DNA of 64,000 nt from Clostridia bacterium (GTDB taxonomy: Bacteria; Bacillota; Clostridia; TANB77; CAG-508): positions 7,872-71,871 of the forward strand of contig JAAWMH010000015.1 in assembly GCA_022798335.1 (NCBI GenBank), in the 5' to 3' direction. Position 1 is the stretch's first letter. Every line of letters begins with the position of its first letter. Shown piece after piece: positions 1 through 14,132 of the stretch. The position numbers were made by a program, and so were the translations under genes. Below the pieces are notes generated by a model. The model worked only from the letters and a program-made list of their open reading frames with translations, made no database searches and was not told the origin of the DNA.

Positions 1-267
1 GTCCACAGTTTGCAATTAGTCTAAATCCATTTTCTTCTATTCCTAATTGTTTTGCTATTTTTTTCGTAGTTTGTATTATTTTTCCCATAAGGACTGTATC
101 TTCATTTTCTATATTCATTAGTGTTGCAATATGTTTTTTAGGAATTATTAGAACATGAATTGGGGCTGCTGGATGAATATCTTCAAATGCTATAATTTCT
201 TCATCTTCATATACTTTTTCTGCTGGAATTTCTCCTTTTATAATTTTACAAAAAATACAATCTTCCA
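1..267 (-). CDS. HIT (histidine triad) family protein; start at 267, C-terminus runs off the window edge
   Basis: rc translation MEDCIFCKIIKGEIPAEKVYEDEEIIAFEDIHPAAPIHVLIIPKKHIATL... matches HIT/HinT N-terminus; GGAGA RBS 7 nt upstream of ATG. Confidence 0.7.
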
Positions 268-344
268 TTTTCTCCTCTTTTCTCTTTATAACTTGGCTTT
301 AAGATGGTAGTACTACTTTTAAACTTGCTTCTCAAAAGTGCTCT

Positions 345-2099
345 TTATTCTAATATGGCTTTTATTCTTCTTACTCCTGCTGAACTTGACTCTTCTTTTT
401 TGATTTTAAAGTGTCCTAGCTCTCCTGTATGTGTTACATGAGGTCCTCCACAAATTTCTTTGCTAAAGTTTCCTATGGTATATACTTTTACTTTTTCTCC
501 ATATTTGTTTTCAAATAGTCCTGTTGCACCTGCTGCTTTTGCTTCTTCTAATGTCATTTCTTCACAAGTTACTAGCAAATCATTTTGTATTTGCTCATTT
601 ACAATATCTTCTACTTGTTTTACTTGTTCTGGCGTCATTTTCTCTGGGTGTGTAAAGTCAAATCTTAGTCTTTCTATTGTAATATTAGAACCATTTTGTT
701 TTGCATGTTCTCCAAGTACAATTTGAAGTGCTTTATGTAGAAGGTGTGTTGCTGTATGATATTTTGTAGTTTGTTCATTTTGTTCTGCTAATCCACCTTT
801 AAATTTTTGTTCACTACCTTGTCTTGATTTTTCTTGGTGTTCTTTAAATAATTTATCAAAACTACTTAAATCTATTTCAAAACCTTGCTCTTTTGCTAAA
901 TCTGCGGTAATTTCTGGTGGAAATCCATAAGTTTCATATAATTTAAAAATATTATATCCATCAATTACCTTTTTATTCTCTTGTTTTGCTTTTGCTGCTA
1001 CTTTTTCAAATTCTTTTTCTCCATGTGCTAGTGTTTTCATAAATTTATCTTTTTCTGCAATAATAGTTTGTTTTATCATTTCTTTATTTTTTTCTAAATC
1101 TGGATATAGCTCTTTTAAAGTTTGTACATATAGTTCTATTAAATTACCTAATTCATCTAAATTTATTTGTAATTTGTTTAAGTGTCTTGTCATTCTTCTA
1201 AGTAATTTTCTAAGTACATAACCACGATCAATATTACTTGGTTTTCCTCCATCTGAAATAACCATAATACTAGAACGTAAATGTTCTGCTACAATTCTTC
1301 TGCTTTCTATATTTTCTACTTTAGCAAGTTTTTCTAATTCTTCCATTACTGGCAAGAATAATTCTGTATCAAATGGAGTTTCTTTTCCTTGTAGTAACAT
1401 TGCCATTCTTTCTAACCCTAAACCTGTATCTACATTTTGTTGTTTTAGTTTAGAAATCGTGCCATCTTTTGCTTTATAGTATTCCATAAATACATTGTTC
1501 CAAATTTCTACATATTTACCACAGTTACAATCTGGTCCACATTTTTCTGAGCAAGCTGGCTTTCCTGTATCTAAAAACATTTCTGTGTCTGGTCCGCAAG
1601 GTCCTTCTTCTCCTGCTATCCACCAGTTATTATCTTTTCCATAAAAATAAATTCTTTCTTCTGGAATTCCTGCTTTTTTCCATGCATTTGCTGCTACAGT
1701 ATCTTTTGGTGCATCACTATCTCCTGCAAAACATGTAACAGATAATAAGTTAGGATCTATTCCTAGTTCTTTTGTTAAAAACTCATAACTCATTGCAATT
1801 GCTTCATCTTTAAAATAGTCTCCTAATGACCAGTTCCCTAGCATTTCAAAATAAGTCAAATGACGATTGTCTCCTACTTCGTCTATATCGTTGGTACGAA
1901 GGCATTTTTGATAATCTGTAAGACGGGTTCCTTCTGGATGTTTTTCTCCTAAAAGGTATGGTACTAATGGTTGCATTCCAGCTGTGGTAAATAATACAGA
2001 TGGGTCATTTTCTGGAATTAAAGGTGCGCTTGGTATTACTTTATGTCCATGTTCTTTAAAAAAGTTTAAATATTTATTTCTAATTTCTATTGCTTTCAT
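345..2099 (-). CDS. alaS: alanine--tRNA ligase-like protein, short form (aminoacylation + tRNA-binding + editing domains, no C-Ala domain, Cys-rich insertion)
   Basis: TAGMQPL...FEMLGNWSLGDYFK class-II AlaRS core; editing-domain HxxxH...CGGPHV and SAGVRRIKAILE at C-terminus; AAGGAAGG RBS before MKAIEI start; stops 77 nt before the HIT gene. Confidence 0.75.
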   Translation of the reverse strand: MKAIEIRNKYLNFFKEHGHKVIPSAPLIPENDPSVLFTTAGMQPLVPYLLGEKHPEGTRLTDYQKCLRTNDIDEVGDNRHLTYFEMLGNWSLGDYFKDEAIAMSYEFLTKELGIDPNLLSVTCFAGDSDAPKDTVAANAWKKAGIPEERIYFYGKDNNWWIAGEEGPCGPDTEMFLDTGKPACSEKCGPDCNCGKYVEIWNNVFMEYYKAKDGTISKLKQQNVDTGLGLERMAMLLQGKETPFDTELFLPVMEELEKLAKVENIESRRIVAEHLRSSIMVISDGGKPSNIDRGYVLRKLLRRMTRHLNKLQINLDELGNLIELYVQTLKELYPDLEKNKEMIKQTIIAEKDKFMKTLAHGEKEFEKVAAKAKQENKKVIDGYNIFKLYETYGFPPEITADLAKEQGFEIDLSSFDKLFKEHQEKSRQGSEQKFKGGLAEQNEQTTKYHTATHLLHKALQIVLGEHAKQNGSNITIERLRFDFTHPEKMTPEQVKQVEDIVNEQIQNDLLVTCEEMTLEEAKAAGATGLFENKYGEKVKVYTIGNFSKEICGGPHVTHTGELGHFKIKKEESSSAGVRRIKAILE

Positions 2100-2159
2100 A
2101 ATTTTACCTTCCTTTAGTTTTCTTTTATTTCTGTTTAGCATTATATACTATGCTTATTA

Positions 2160-2201
2160 AAAAATCAAGAGTGAGACATTGGGGACTGTCCCCAATGTCT
2201 C
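2160..2201 (-). terminator. rho-independent terminator after mtaB (perfect 14-bp inverted repeat GAGACATTGGGGAC/GTCCCCAATGTCTC followed by a T-run on the minus strand)
   Basis: palindrome at 2173-2201; minus-strand T-tract (A-run 2161-2170 on plus strand). Confidence 0.7.
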
Positions 2202-2204
2202 ATT

Positions 2205-3493
2205 TTACTTTCCTATTAACTCCAAATTTTCTATTCCGATTATTTTTGTATTATATACTGTGTTTTCTAAGTTTTTATCTGTTTCTATTTTTACTACCAT
2301 ATAGTTTGTTGTATGCCCTTTTAAATATTTTCCTTCTCTTTCTTCTACTAGTACCTCTACTTGTTTTCCTATATATTGCTTTTGATATTCTTCTTCGTTT
2401 TTATCTGATAATTCTATTAGTTTATTACTTCTTTCTTCTTTTTTGTTTCCATCTATTTGATTTGGCATAGTGCTAGCTACAGTTCCTTTTCTTGGTGAAT
2501 ATTTAAACACGTGCATTTTATAAAACTTTATCTTTTCTAAAAAGCTATAGGTTTGTTTAAATTCTTCCTGCGTTTCTCCTGGAAACCCTACAATAATATC
2601 TGTTGTCAAATGTACTTTTGGAAATGCTTTTCGTAATAGTTTAGTTACCTCTTCAAATTGCTCTATTGTATATTTTCTATTCATCCTTTTTAAGGTTTCA
2701 TTACATCCACTTTGTAATGATAGATGAAATTGATTACATATCTTGTTTAATTTTTTTAGTCTTTCTACAAATTCTTCTGTAATTAAAGTGGGCTCTAATG
2801 AGCCTAATCGTATTCTTTGTATTCCTTCTATTTTTTGAAGTTCTTCTAATAGATCTATTAGTTGATATTCTTCTTCAAAATCTTTTCCATAAGAAGCAAG
2901 ATGAATGCCTGTTAATACTATTTCTTTTATTCCATTTTTGCTTATTTTTTCTACTTCTTGTAAAACACTTTGTGGTTTTCTGCTTCTAATGCGTCCTCTT
3001 GCATATGGAATAATGCAATACGAACAAAATTGATTACAGCCATCTTGCACTTTAATAACTGCTCTTGTTTTTTCAGTATATGTAACTTGTCCAAAGTCTA
3101 AAAATTCTTTTTGTTCTTCTATTTTTGATACATGCATGATTTGCTCTTTTTGATACTCTTCTATATATTTTATAATTTCATTTTTTTCATTAATACCTAA
3201 TATTAAATCAATTTCTTCTATTTTTTGAAGTTCTTCTTTGGCTACTTGTGCATAGCATCCGCACTACTACTAATATAGATTTTGAATTTTTTTCTTTTAC
3301 TTTTCTTAAACTTTGTCTTGATTTTTTGTCTGCTATATTAGTAACTGTACAAGTGTTTATTACATAAATATCTGCTTTTTCTTCAAACTCTACTATTTGG
3401 TATCCTGCCCCTATAAATTTTTGCATCATAGCATTTGTTTCATATTGATTTACTTTGCACCCGCAATGTGCAAAAAGCTACTGTTTTTTTCAT
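2205..3493 (-). CDS. mtaB: tRNA (N6-threonylcarbamoyladenosine) methylthiotransferase MtaB (radical SAM MiaB-like), reading frame broken twice by single-C insertions
   Basis: ORFs 2205-3137 (radical SAM core CNQFCSYCIIPYARG, TRAM) and 3208-3429 (MTTase N-domain) plus N-term MKKTVAFCTL at 3493; removing C at about 3460 and about 3261 restores one frame (TLGCKVNQYE...; VVVGCYAQVAKEE...). Confidence 0.8.
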
Positions 3494-3541
3494 TTATTTT
3501 CCTTCCATTTGCTACTTTTTATTTATATTATATTAAAATAT

Positions 3542-3569
3542 ACAGCCTTTTAATAAAAGGCTGTTTTTT
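3542..3569. terminator. bidirectional hairpin terminator (ACAGCCTTTT-AAT-AAAAGGCTGT + T6)
   Basis: perfect 10-bp stem, 3-nt loop, T-run; downstream of groESL-small ORF unit on minus strand. Confidence 0.6.
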
Positions 3570-3782
3570 GATTAGCTACATATCAAAGTAATACCATTTA
3601 ATTGAATTTAATCCCAATGTTACTCCTAATATCACTCCCTATTTAATAACAAATAGGTTACCCATTTCTTTAGCCCCTTTCAAAAGTTGTTGAGCATAAC
3701 ATATCATATTTTTATATACTTTTCAATACCATTTTCAATTTTAAAGTGGCTCCTCTATTTTAAGGAACCACTTTATTTTTTA

Positions 3783-3998
3783 TTATGGAATATAAATTTT
3801 GCGAATATGCGTAGCAAATTCTATGACTGTCAAAGAACCTATAATCAACCATAAATAACATAAAATTCTAACTACTTTGTGTTGATTAAAAAGCTTCTCC
3901 GCTTTTTGGCATACAGATGGTAACATCGTTAATACCAAAACTACTATACCTAAAAGCCCTAATGCCACCCGTCCTGCTATTACCATAATGCTCCACAT
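3783..3998 (-). CDS. small hypothetical membrane protein (2 TM) downstream of groEL
   Basis: 71-aa ORF with two hydrophobic segments; no recognisable family. Confidence 0.35.
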   Translation of the reverse strand: MWSIMVIAGRVALGLLGIVVLVLTMLPSVCQKAEKLFNQHKVVRILCYLWLIIGSLTVIEFATHIRKIYIP

Positions 3999-4073
3999 AA
4001 TTTACTCTCCCTTCAAAGAATTGTATATATATACTATCATATTTTCTTTGCCCTTTCAAGTGTTTACATAATT

Positions 4074-5747
<1,674 letters not shown>

Positions 5748-5775
5748 TTATCCGTAACTCGTTTCTCTTAAGCGG

Positions 5776-6063
5776 CTAACTTAATTCGACAAGTGCTAAA
5801 ATATCGCTATATTTTACAATCATTAAATCTTCTCCTTCATGTTTTATGCTTGTTCCTGCATATTGATTTAATACTACTTTATCGCCTTCTTTTACACATA
5901 TTTCTACTTTTTTTCCTTCACTGTCTATGCCTTCTCCTACTTTTAATACTTGAGCAATTTGTGATTTTTCTTCTGATTTACTTGTGATAATAAGACCGCT
6001 TTTAGTTGTTTCTTCTTTTTCTAACATTTTTACAATAACTCTGTCTCCTAATGGTTTTAACAT
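5776..6063 (-). CDS. groS: co-chaperonin GroES
   Basis: MLKPLGDRVIVK...YAGT motif, 95 aa. Confidence 0.95.
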   Translation of the reverse strand: MLKPLGDRVIVKMLEKEETTKSGLIITSKSEEKSQIAQVLKVGEGIDSEGKKVEICVKEGDKVVLNQYAGTSIKHEGEDLMIVKYSDILALVELS

Positions 6064-6126
6064 TATAATTCCTCCTTTTTGTTTACTGTTATTTATATGC
6101 TATGACTGCTTATTTTAGTATCTTTT

Positions 6127-6153
6127 TTATTTAAAATTAGCAGTCATATCTTA
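6127..6153 (-). promoter_or_regulatory. CIRCE operator (HrcA binding site) variant TTAGCAGTC-N9-GACTGCTAA
   Basis: perfect 9-bp inverted repeat with 9-nt spacer directly upstream of groES; canonical CIRCE is TTAGCACTC-N9-GAGTGCTAA. Confidence 0.8.
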
Positions 6154-6154
6154 T

Positions 6155-6193
6155 GACTGCTAATACTTTATACCCATTTTATATTCTTGTCAA
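6155..6193 (-). promoter_or_regulatory. putative sigmaA promoter of groESL (TTGACA -35, TATAAAGT -10 on minus strand) abutting CIRCE
   Basis: rc of 6188-6193 = TTGACA; about 15-17 nt spacer; -10 next to CIRCE as in other Firmicutes. Confidence 0.5.
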
Positions 6194-6247
6194 GTATCTG
6201 CTTTTATTTTTCACATATTTTTCACAATCTTATAGGTAAAAAGGATT

Positions 6248-7862
<1,615 letters not shown>

Positions 7863-7967
7863 TTAATAAAAAAATAGATTTAAAACAAAACTTCCCTTAG
7901 GGTGTTTTTTTTAAATCTATCATATTGTTATCATACATGATTACTTTCTAATTGTAAATATATTTCT

Positions 7968-9110
7968 TTAAATATTTGTTTTTATTTCATTTGTACTGAT
8001 AAAAACTTTTTTTATTTTTCCTATATTGCTTTTTATTATTTTAACTAGCTGCATGGCTATTATGGAAAATACTATATCTATTATTAATACAACAAGGCAG
8101 TATTGATAATAATTTAAGCTATACCTTTGGAAAATATATTTTATTAATGTAATGATCCATATTTGATTTAAATACATTGGTAAACTTAATTTTTCTAAAA
8201 AATAAACAAATTTGTTATTGCAAAATTTTAATAGTAATGTTTTTTCACTAAATGCAATACTAATACAAATAGATAGTATTAATATCATAATAAAATCATA
8301 TTTGTTATGAGCATTCTTTATATTTACTACAATAAATATGCTTGTAAATCCTATTATTTCAATACATGTTAATATTGTTTTAGCAATCTTAGTAAAATTT
8401 ATACTTTTTAGTTTTTGTGTTACTTCATATAATATTACACCTAATGATATTTCAAAAAATCCTCTTAAAAAACATTTATATACTAAACCTGTCCATACAT
8501 CTATTGAAACTATATTTCCGTATCTATGTGCTATATAGCCACCTATAAAAATTACAATTGCTGGTGCTATTATATATACAAAATTTTTTCTAAATTTTAA
8601 AATTATTGGATATAATATATTCATAGCAATTATCATTACTGATATATACCATGTAATATCCATAACAGAATCATACTTTATTCCACTTTGTTTTAAAAAT
8701 AATATATCCCATATAGAATTTATAACTTGATGAGTTTGAAAATGCTTTACAAAATACATAACTAGAACTGATATTACATAAGTAATTAGCATCCATGGGA
8801 AAAATTTTTTTATTTTCTTTATGATATATTGATAAGTTTCCTTTCCTAGTTCTTCATTTTCTACTTTTTTGTAATTTAAAGCTTTTTTTCCTAAAAAATA
8901 TCCTGAAACTAAAAAGAAAAACTCAACCCCTATACTTCCTGCTGCAAAAACAAATTTTGCGTCTTTGGTAATTAATTGTCCTATATGTAAAAAGATTATC
9001 ATAATGCAAAATGCAAATTTCCAAAAGCCAATTATTCCATTATGCTCTTCTTTTCTTTTTTGTAGCATATTACATGTTACAGCATAATTATTGTTGTTTT
9101 TATCTTTCAT
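7968..9110 (-). CDS. acyltransferase family 3 (OatA-like) integral membrane protein
   Basis: 380 aa, about 10 TM, GFWKFAFCIMIIFLH acyl_transf_3-type N-terminus. Confidence 0.7.
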   Translation of the reverse strand: MKDKNNNNYAVTCNMLQKRKEEHNGIIGFWKFAFCIMIIFLHIGQLITKDAKFVFAAGSIGVEFFFLVSGYFLGKKALNYKKVENEELGKETYQYIIKKIKKFFPWMLITYVISVLVMYFVKHFQTHQVINSIWDILFLKQSGIKYDSVMDITWYISVMIIAMNILYPIILKFRKNFVYIIAPAIVIFIGGYIAHRYGNIVSIDVWTGLVYKCFLRGFFEISLGVILYEVTQKLKSINFTKIAKTILTCIEIIGFTSIFIVVNIKNAHNKYDFIMILILSICISIAFSEKTLLLKFCNNKFVYFLEKLSLPMYLNQIWIITLIKYIFQRYSLNYYQYCLVVLIIDIVFSIIAMQLVKIIKSNIGKIKKVFISTNEIKTNI

Positions 9111-9185
9111 ATTTTTCTCCTTTTTTATATTTCTTAGTATAGTATGTTCTTACTTGTTTGTCTAGTATTTGCAGACAAATTGAAA

Positions 9186-9229
9186 ACCTCTTGTGGAATT
9201 TAGTATAAAACTAATATTCCACAAGAGGT
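9186..9229. terminator. bidirectional hairpin terminator (14-bp stem ACCTCTTGTGGAAT/ATTCCACAAGAGGT)
   Basis: perfect inverted repeat flanked by T-runs on both strands; follows stop of 9270-10916 gene. Confidence 0.6.
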
Positions 9230-9269
9230 CTTATTGCCTTTTTAAATAAGGGTTTTTATGGCTATATTC

Positions 9270-10916
9270 TTAGTTTGCTTCTTCTGAAGGTTGCATTCCT
9301 TCATCATTTAGAACTTCTGGTATTGTCTGCGCTACTTGTTCTTCCTGCTTTTGGATATGTTCTTCATTACTTACTTCCGTTTCATCACTTGGTAATTGCA
9401 TAGCTTGGTTGGGTTCATCATTATTTTTAGTGGTAGGCGCTTTGTTAGGTAAAGTTACCGAAATAATGTTGGACTCTTGATTTAAAACAATTCCATAACC
9501 ATTTATGTTTTCTTTTGGCCCAATATTCATATAGTCTCCTGCTTCAACTTCGGTTATGTTTACCACAATATCTGTAGCTTCGCTATCTTTTACATTAAAT
9601 GTAATTGTTTCTATTCCAGCCCCATCACGATAGTACATACTTGCCGCCATGCCATATCCTATTCCACTGCTGTCGCTACCATCGTACTCCTTTTGACTTG
9701 CCAAAGAGCTCTCTTCCTTACTAGTACTTTCAATTTCAAGTACATCTGGGTCATATCTAAGTTTCCACTGTACATTATTTACATTCGGAGAAGTTCCTTC
9801 TGGATATTCAATCCAAATGCAAACTTTCTTTTGACCGTCATTATCGCCTGCTAGCTCATTCATTATTATATTGCACGAAGGTTTGTCTTCACCTAGCCCC
9901 TCAGGATTTACCTGATAAATCGTGTTTGCTGTATCTGTTTTTAAAATATAATTGTCTTTCATCTCATCTGTTAAAGAAAAGTTTGCCGATACTGAATAAA
10001 TGCCTGTATCAGTTATTTTATAAGAACTTCCAACATCAGTTCCATTTACTTTATATTGGCAATTTACTACTCCATCAGGAACTACCCCTACAGGCATTTT
10101 AATTTCTATTGTTCCTTTCTCTAAATCAGTTAACATCCACATTCTGTCAAGTTCTATTTCTTCAATGGTTGCTTTATCAATAACAATTTGTGTCTCCATA
10201 CCTTTGGGAACTGCATATCCTTCGGGGACTTCAAAAGTAACATATGCTTTATATTCTCCAGCATTTGTCTTGATATTATCCTGATATACAGGAGTTACAT
10301 AGTCGGGAAGCCCTGTAACTAATGCTACATATTCCTTCCCATCGTATACTTTTTTTACTCCCTGAAATACCCAACCTGATGTATCAATAACAATTAGTTC
10401 TTCTTTGCCATCATTTTTATCGTTTTCACCACCAGGCTGACTCGGAATGATTATCCACCATTGGTTGTTATTTTCCTCTTGTTTTTTAAATGTTATCTTT
10501 GTAGTATGCTCTAATGCCTTGTTATCTTTATCGTTTTGAAACACAACTTTTATAGCAGTTATATCTTCAGTCTTACAGGTAATTTTAATGAATATTCTTC
10601 CTTGCTCATTTTGATATATTTTTACTTTAAACCGTTCGTTTTCTATCCCCTCTTTAATCGTAACCCATTCATTGTTTTTTATTTGTAGCTTAATCTCAGA
10701 AATCTTCCATTCGTCGCTACTGACTGGGTAGGAAAGTATGTATTCTTTTCCCTTTTCCATTGTAAGTACTTGATTTTCCTTCAAAGTTTCCACATAGATA
10801 ATGTCTTGACTAGTTGCTTCATCTTCTGCTAGAGTGGCTGTGCTTGCATAGCATGGCATTTGTAAAAATAGTACTGCCACCATTGCAACAAGTGCGTTCT
10901 TCAAGATTTTTGACAT
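9270..10916 (-). CDS. secreted/surface protein of unknown function (signal peptide, 548 aa)
   Basis: N-terminal MSKILKNALVAMVAVLFLQMPCYASTATLA signal peptide; acidic Ser/Glu-rich C-terminus; no family recognised. Confidence 0.55.
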   Translation of the reverse strand: MSKILKNALVAMVAVLFLQMPCYASTATLAEDEATSQDIIYVETLKENQVLTMEKGKEYILSYPVSSDEWKISEIKLQIKNNEWVTIKEGIENERFKVKIYQNEQGRIFIKITCKTEDITAIKVVFQNDKDNKALEHTTKITFKKQEENNNQWWIIIPSQPGGENDKNDGKEELIVIDTSGWVFQGVKKVYDGKEYVALVTGLPDYVTPVYQDNIKTNAGEYKAYVTFEVPEGYAVPKGMETQIVIDKATIEEIELDRMWMLTDLEKGTIEIKMPVGVVPDGVVNCQYKVNGTDVGSSYKITDTGIYSVSANFSLTDEMKDNYILKTDTANTIYQVNPEGLGEDKPSCNIIMNELAGDNDGQKKVCIWIEYPEGTSPNVNNVQWKLRYDPDVLEIESTSKEESSLASQKEYDGSDSSGIGYGMAASMYYRDGAGIETITFNVKDSEATDIVVNITEVEAGDYMNIGPKENINGYGIVLNQESNIISVTLPNKAPTTKNNDEPNQAMQLPSDETEVSNEEHIQKQEEQVAQTIPEVLNDEGMQPSEEAN

Positions 10917-11246
10917 TTTCTACACTCCTATTCTTAGGCATTGTTTTTGTAACTCAATTTGAGTTACAAGGACTATTACCCAAGGCAAATTTTGCCTTGG
11001 AAATTATTATAGCATACTACTTTAGCAAATTCAAACATTTTATAAATAATTCTAATATATACCAATGTTACTACTGGTGATGAGTGATTAAATATTATTT
11101 CTATAATTTAGATTATAATGAAAATCTATGAAGTTTTTGAAAATGCACTATTCTGCTATTTAACAAAATTAAACTTCTAATTTTTACTGATTAACATTTT
11201 AAAACATTAACCAATAAATCTTAGAAGTTTATTATCTAGTTATTCT

Positions 11247-12065
11247 CTATGCACTCTTAAGCTCAAGCCTTAATTTATCAGCAATCATTGCTATAAATTC
11301 TGAATTAGTAGGTTTACCTTTTGCGGCTGAAACGGTATATCCAAAAATATTTTCTACTGCTCCTTGTTCGCCTCTTCCCCAAGCAACTTCTATAGCATGG
11401 CGTATAGCTCTTTCTACTCTACTTGGAGTAGTATGATACTTCTCTGCAATTTCTGGATAAAGCTGTTTTGTAATTTGATTAATTACTTCTGTATCTTTAA
11501 CTACCATCATAATAGCTTCTCTTAAATATTGATACCCTTTAATATGTGCTGGTACTCCAACTTCATGTATTACATTTGTTACTAATGCTTCTAAACTTTC
11601 TTGATTTTTCTTTTTTTCTGGTGAAATATCAATATATTGACCTTTTATTTCTCTGCTTACTAACCCACCTCTAAATTGAGCTGGTTGAAAGTTTTTTAGC
11701 TCTTTCATTCTTTTTACAAGTACATTAATGTCAAAAGGTTTTACAATATAGTACTGTGCTCCTAAATTAATTGCTCTTTGTGTTATTTTATCTTGTCCTA
11801 CTGCTGACAAAATAATACATAATGGTTTTTTATCAATATCTGTTTCATATAGTTTTTCTAATACCCCTAATCCATCTAAATGTGGCATAATAATATCTAA
11901 TAATAAAATATCTGGTTGTAATTCTAGTACTAAATTATAGGCTTCGTTTCCATCTCTTGCAACTCCTATAATCTCTATTTGCTCCTCCTTTTCTAAATAA
12001 TTAGATAATGTCATCGTAAAGTCGTTATTGTCGTCTGCTACTAATACTGTAATTTTCTCGCTCAC
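11247..12065 (-). CDS. spo0A: sporulation master transcription factor Spo0A
   Basis: receiver domain ([10 protein letters not shown]...D...K) plus Spo0A-specific C-terminal DNA-binding signature [21 protein letters not shown]. Confidence 0.93.
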   Translation of the reverse strand: MSEKITVLVADDNNDFTMTLSNYLEKEEQIEIIGVARDGNEAYNLVLELQPDILLLDIIMPHLDGLGVLEKLYETDIDKKPLCIILSAVGQDKITQRAINLGAQYYIVKPFDINVLVKRMKELKNFQPAQFRGGLVSREIKGQYIDISPEKKKNQESLEALVTNVIHEVGVPAHIKGYQYLREAIMMVVKDTEVINQITKQLYPEIAEKYHTTPSRVERAIRHAIEVAWGRGEQGAVENIFGYTVSAAKGKPTNSEFIAMIADKLRLELKSA

Positions 12066-12220
12066 GTTTCTTCCCCCTACTTTTTTAAATTTGTAATTTT
12101 TTTACATTTTTTACTTTTCAAATTATAATATTATTACAAAAATTTTGCAAGAGTTTTTTGGAATTTTTTTCCAATTTTTCCTATCATTATTCATACTCTA
12201 GCATTTTACATTGATATTCC

Positions 12221-12842
12221 TCATTTTTTTCTTATATTTTTTTCTTTTATAATTTCCATATTTTGTATATTAAGCGTCTTTTTTTCTATTTCATACATTA
12301 TTTTTTCTTTTTCGTTAAAAGTTGTTTCTATTATAAAATGAACTGTTTGTTCAAATCTTGTTTGTATAACATTAATGTTATTATTTTGACAATATCGTTC
12401 AAAGTTTGAAAGTTCTGCATAATCTAAAATAACTTCTAATTCTAGTCCGTAATTCTTCTGTAACAATTTTACTACTTGCTATTGCTTCTTTTGTTACCTG
12501 GCTATATGCTCTAACAAGCCCTCCTGTTCCTAGCAAAGTTCCTCCAAAATACCTTGTTACTACTGCAATTACATTTGTTATTTCTTGCTTTTGTAACAAA
12601 TTTAACATAGGAGCTCCTGCTGTTCCACTTGGTTCTCCATCGTCGCTTGCTTTTTCTAGGATTACATTTTTTTCTTGAATTCTATAAGCAAAGCAATGAT
12701 GTTTTGCATCATAATGTTTTTTACGTATTTGCATTAATATTCCTTCTGCTTTTTCTACTGTTTGTGCATAATACAAATCACAAATAAATTTTGATTTTTT
12801 TTCTATTATTTGCGTTGTTACATTTTCTTTTATGGTTTTCAT
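12221..12842 (-). CDS. yigZ: IMPACT family protein YigZ (UPF0029 + DUF1949), frame broken by a single-C insertion
   Basis: ORFs 12399-12842 (IMPACT N-domain, GGTLLGTGGLVRAY) and 12221-12466 (DUF1949); removing C at about 12448 (ttaCggacta) joins them as ...VTEELGLELEVILDY... Confidence 0.75.
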
Positions 12843-14127
12843 TTAGCTCCCTTCTTTGCTCCCTGCTACATATCCTGTAGAATAAGCAATTTGCAAGTTA
12901 AAGCCTCCTGTATATGCATCTACGTCTATTATTTCTCCTGCAAAGTATAGTCCTTGTACTTTTTTAGATTCCATTGTCTTTGGATTTATTTCTTTTACAT
13001 TGATTCCTCCAGAAGTTATAATTGCTTCTTCTATTGGTCTAAATCCTTGTATTTCTATTTGGAAATCTTTTAACAGCTGTACTAATTTTGTTCTTTCTTG
13101 TTTTGTAACTGAATTTACTTGCTTATTAGGAGAAATTTTAGATAATTCAACTATTGGCTGTACCATTTTTTGTGGTAACAAAGAGTTTAAACTATTTTTG
13201 AATTCTTTATTTTTTTCTTTTTGAAAGTCTCTTAAAATACGTTCTTCTAATTTTTCTTCTGATAGTGCTGGTTTTAAGTCTATACTTAAATAAATTTTTT
13301 CCTGTTTTAGCTTTTGTTCTACTTTTGGATAACGTAGCATATGTGCAGAGCTACTTAGTATGATAGGACCTGAAACTCCCCAATGAGTAAATAGCATTTC
13401 TCCAAAATCTTCATAAATTATTTTTTCATTTACTCTATCTTTTAGTTTAATTGCAACATTTCGCAAGCTAAGACCTTGCAAACTTTTACATATTGCAAGT
13501 GATGATTTTCTTGCAGTTAATGGTACTAAAGATGGCTTAACCATCATAATGGTATGACCTAATTGGTTTGCAAGTTCGTATCCATCTCCTGTAGAACCAG
13601 TAATTGGATAGCTTTTTCCTCCTGTTGCTAGTATTACTTTATCTGCCTCAATTTCTTGCTTTTTTCCTTCTAATAAATATTGAACTCCGTTTTACTTTTC
13701 CTTGCTTTTCTATAATTTTTTCTACTTTAGCATTTGTTTGTATTTGTACTTTTTCTTGTTTTAATAATTGTAAAAATATATCTAATACATCTTTTGCACT
13801 ATCTGTAACAGGAAAAACCCTATGCCCTCTTTCTTCTTTTACTTTTAATCCTTTTTCTTGTAGTAAAGAAATAATATCTTGATTGGTAAACTTTGAAAAA
13901 CAACTATAAAGAAACATACCATTACCTGGTACGTTTTGTATAAAATCTTCTATTGGAAAAGAACTTGTTATATTGCATCTTCCTTTTCCTGTAATTAATA
14001 GTTTTTTTCCTAAAGAAGGCATCTTTTCTAATAAGGTAACTTTTTCTCCTAACTGACTTGCTCTTATTGCTGCCATCATGCCAGCTGGACCTCCTCCTAT
14101 TACAATTACCTTCATATTTTTCTCCAT
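12843..14127 (-). CDS. HI0933-family (BaiN-like) NAD(P)/FAD-dependent oxidoreductase, frame broken by a single-C insertion
   Basis: N-term MKVIVIGGGPAGMMAA Rossmann motif; ORFs 13648-14127 + 12843-13547; removing C at about 13688 (aaaCggagtt) gives ...KQGKVKGVQYLLEGKKQEIEADKVILATGGKSYP... Confidence 0.75.
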
Positions 14128-14132
14128 TCTTC

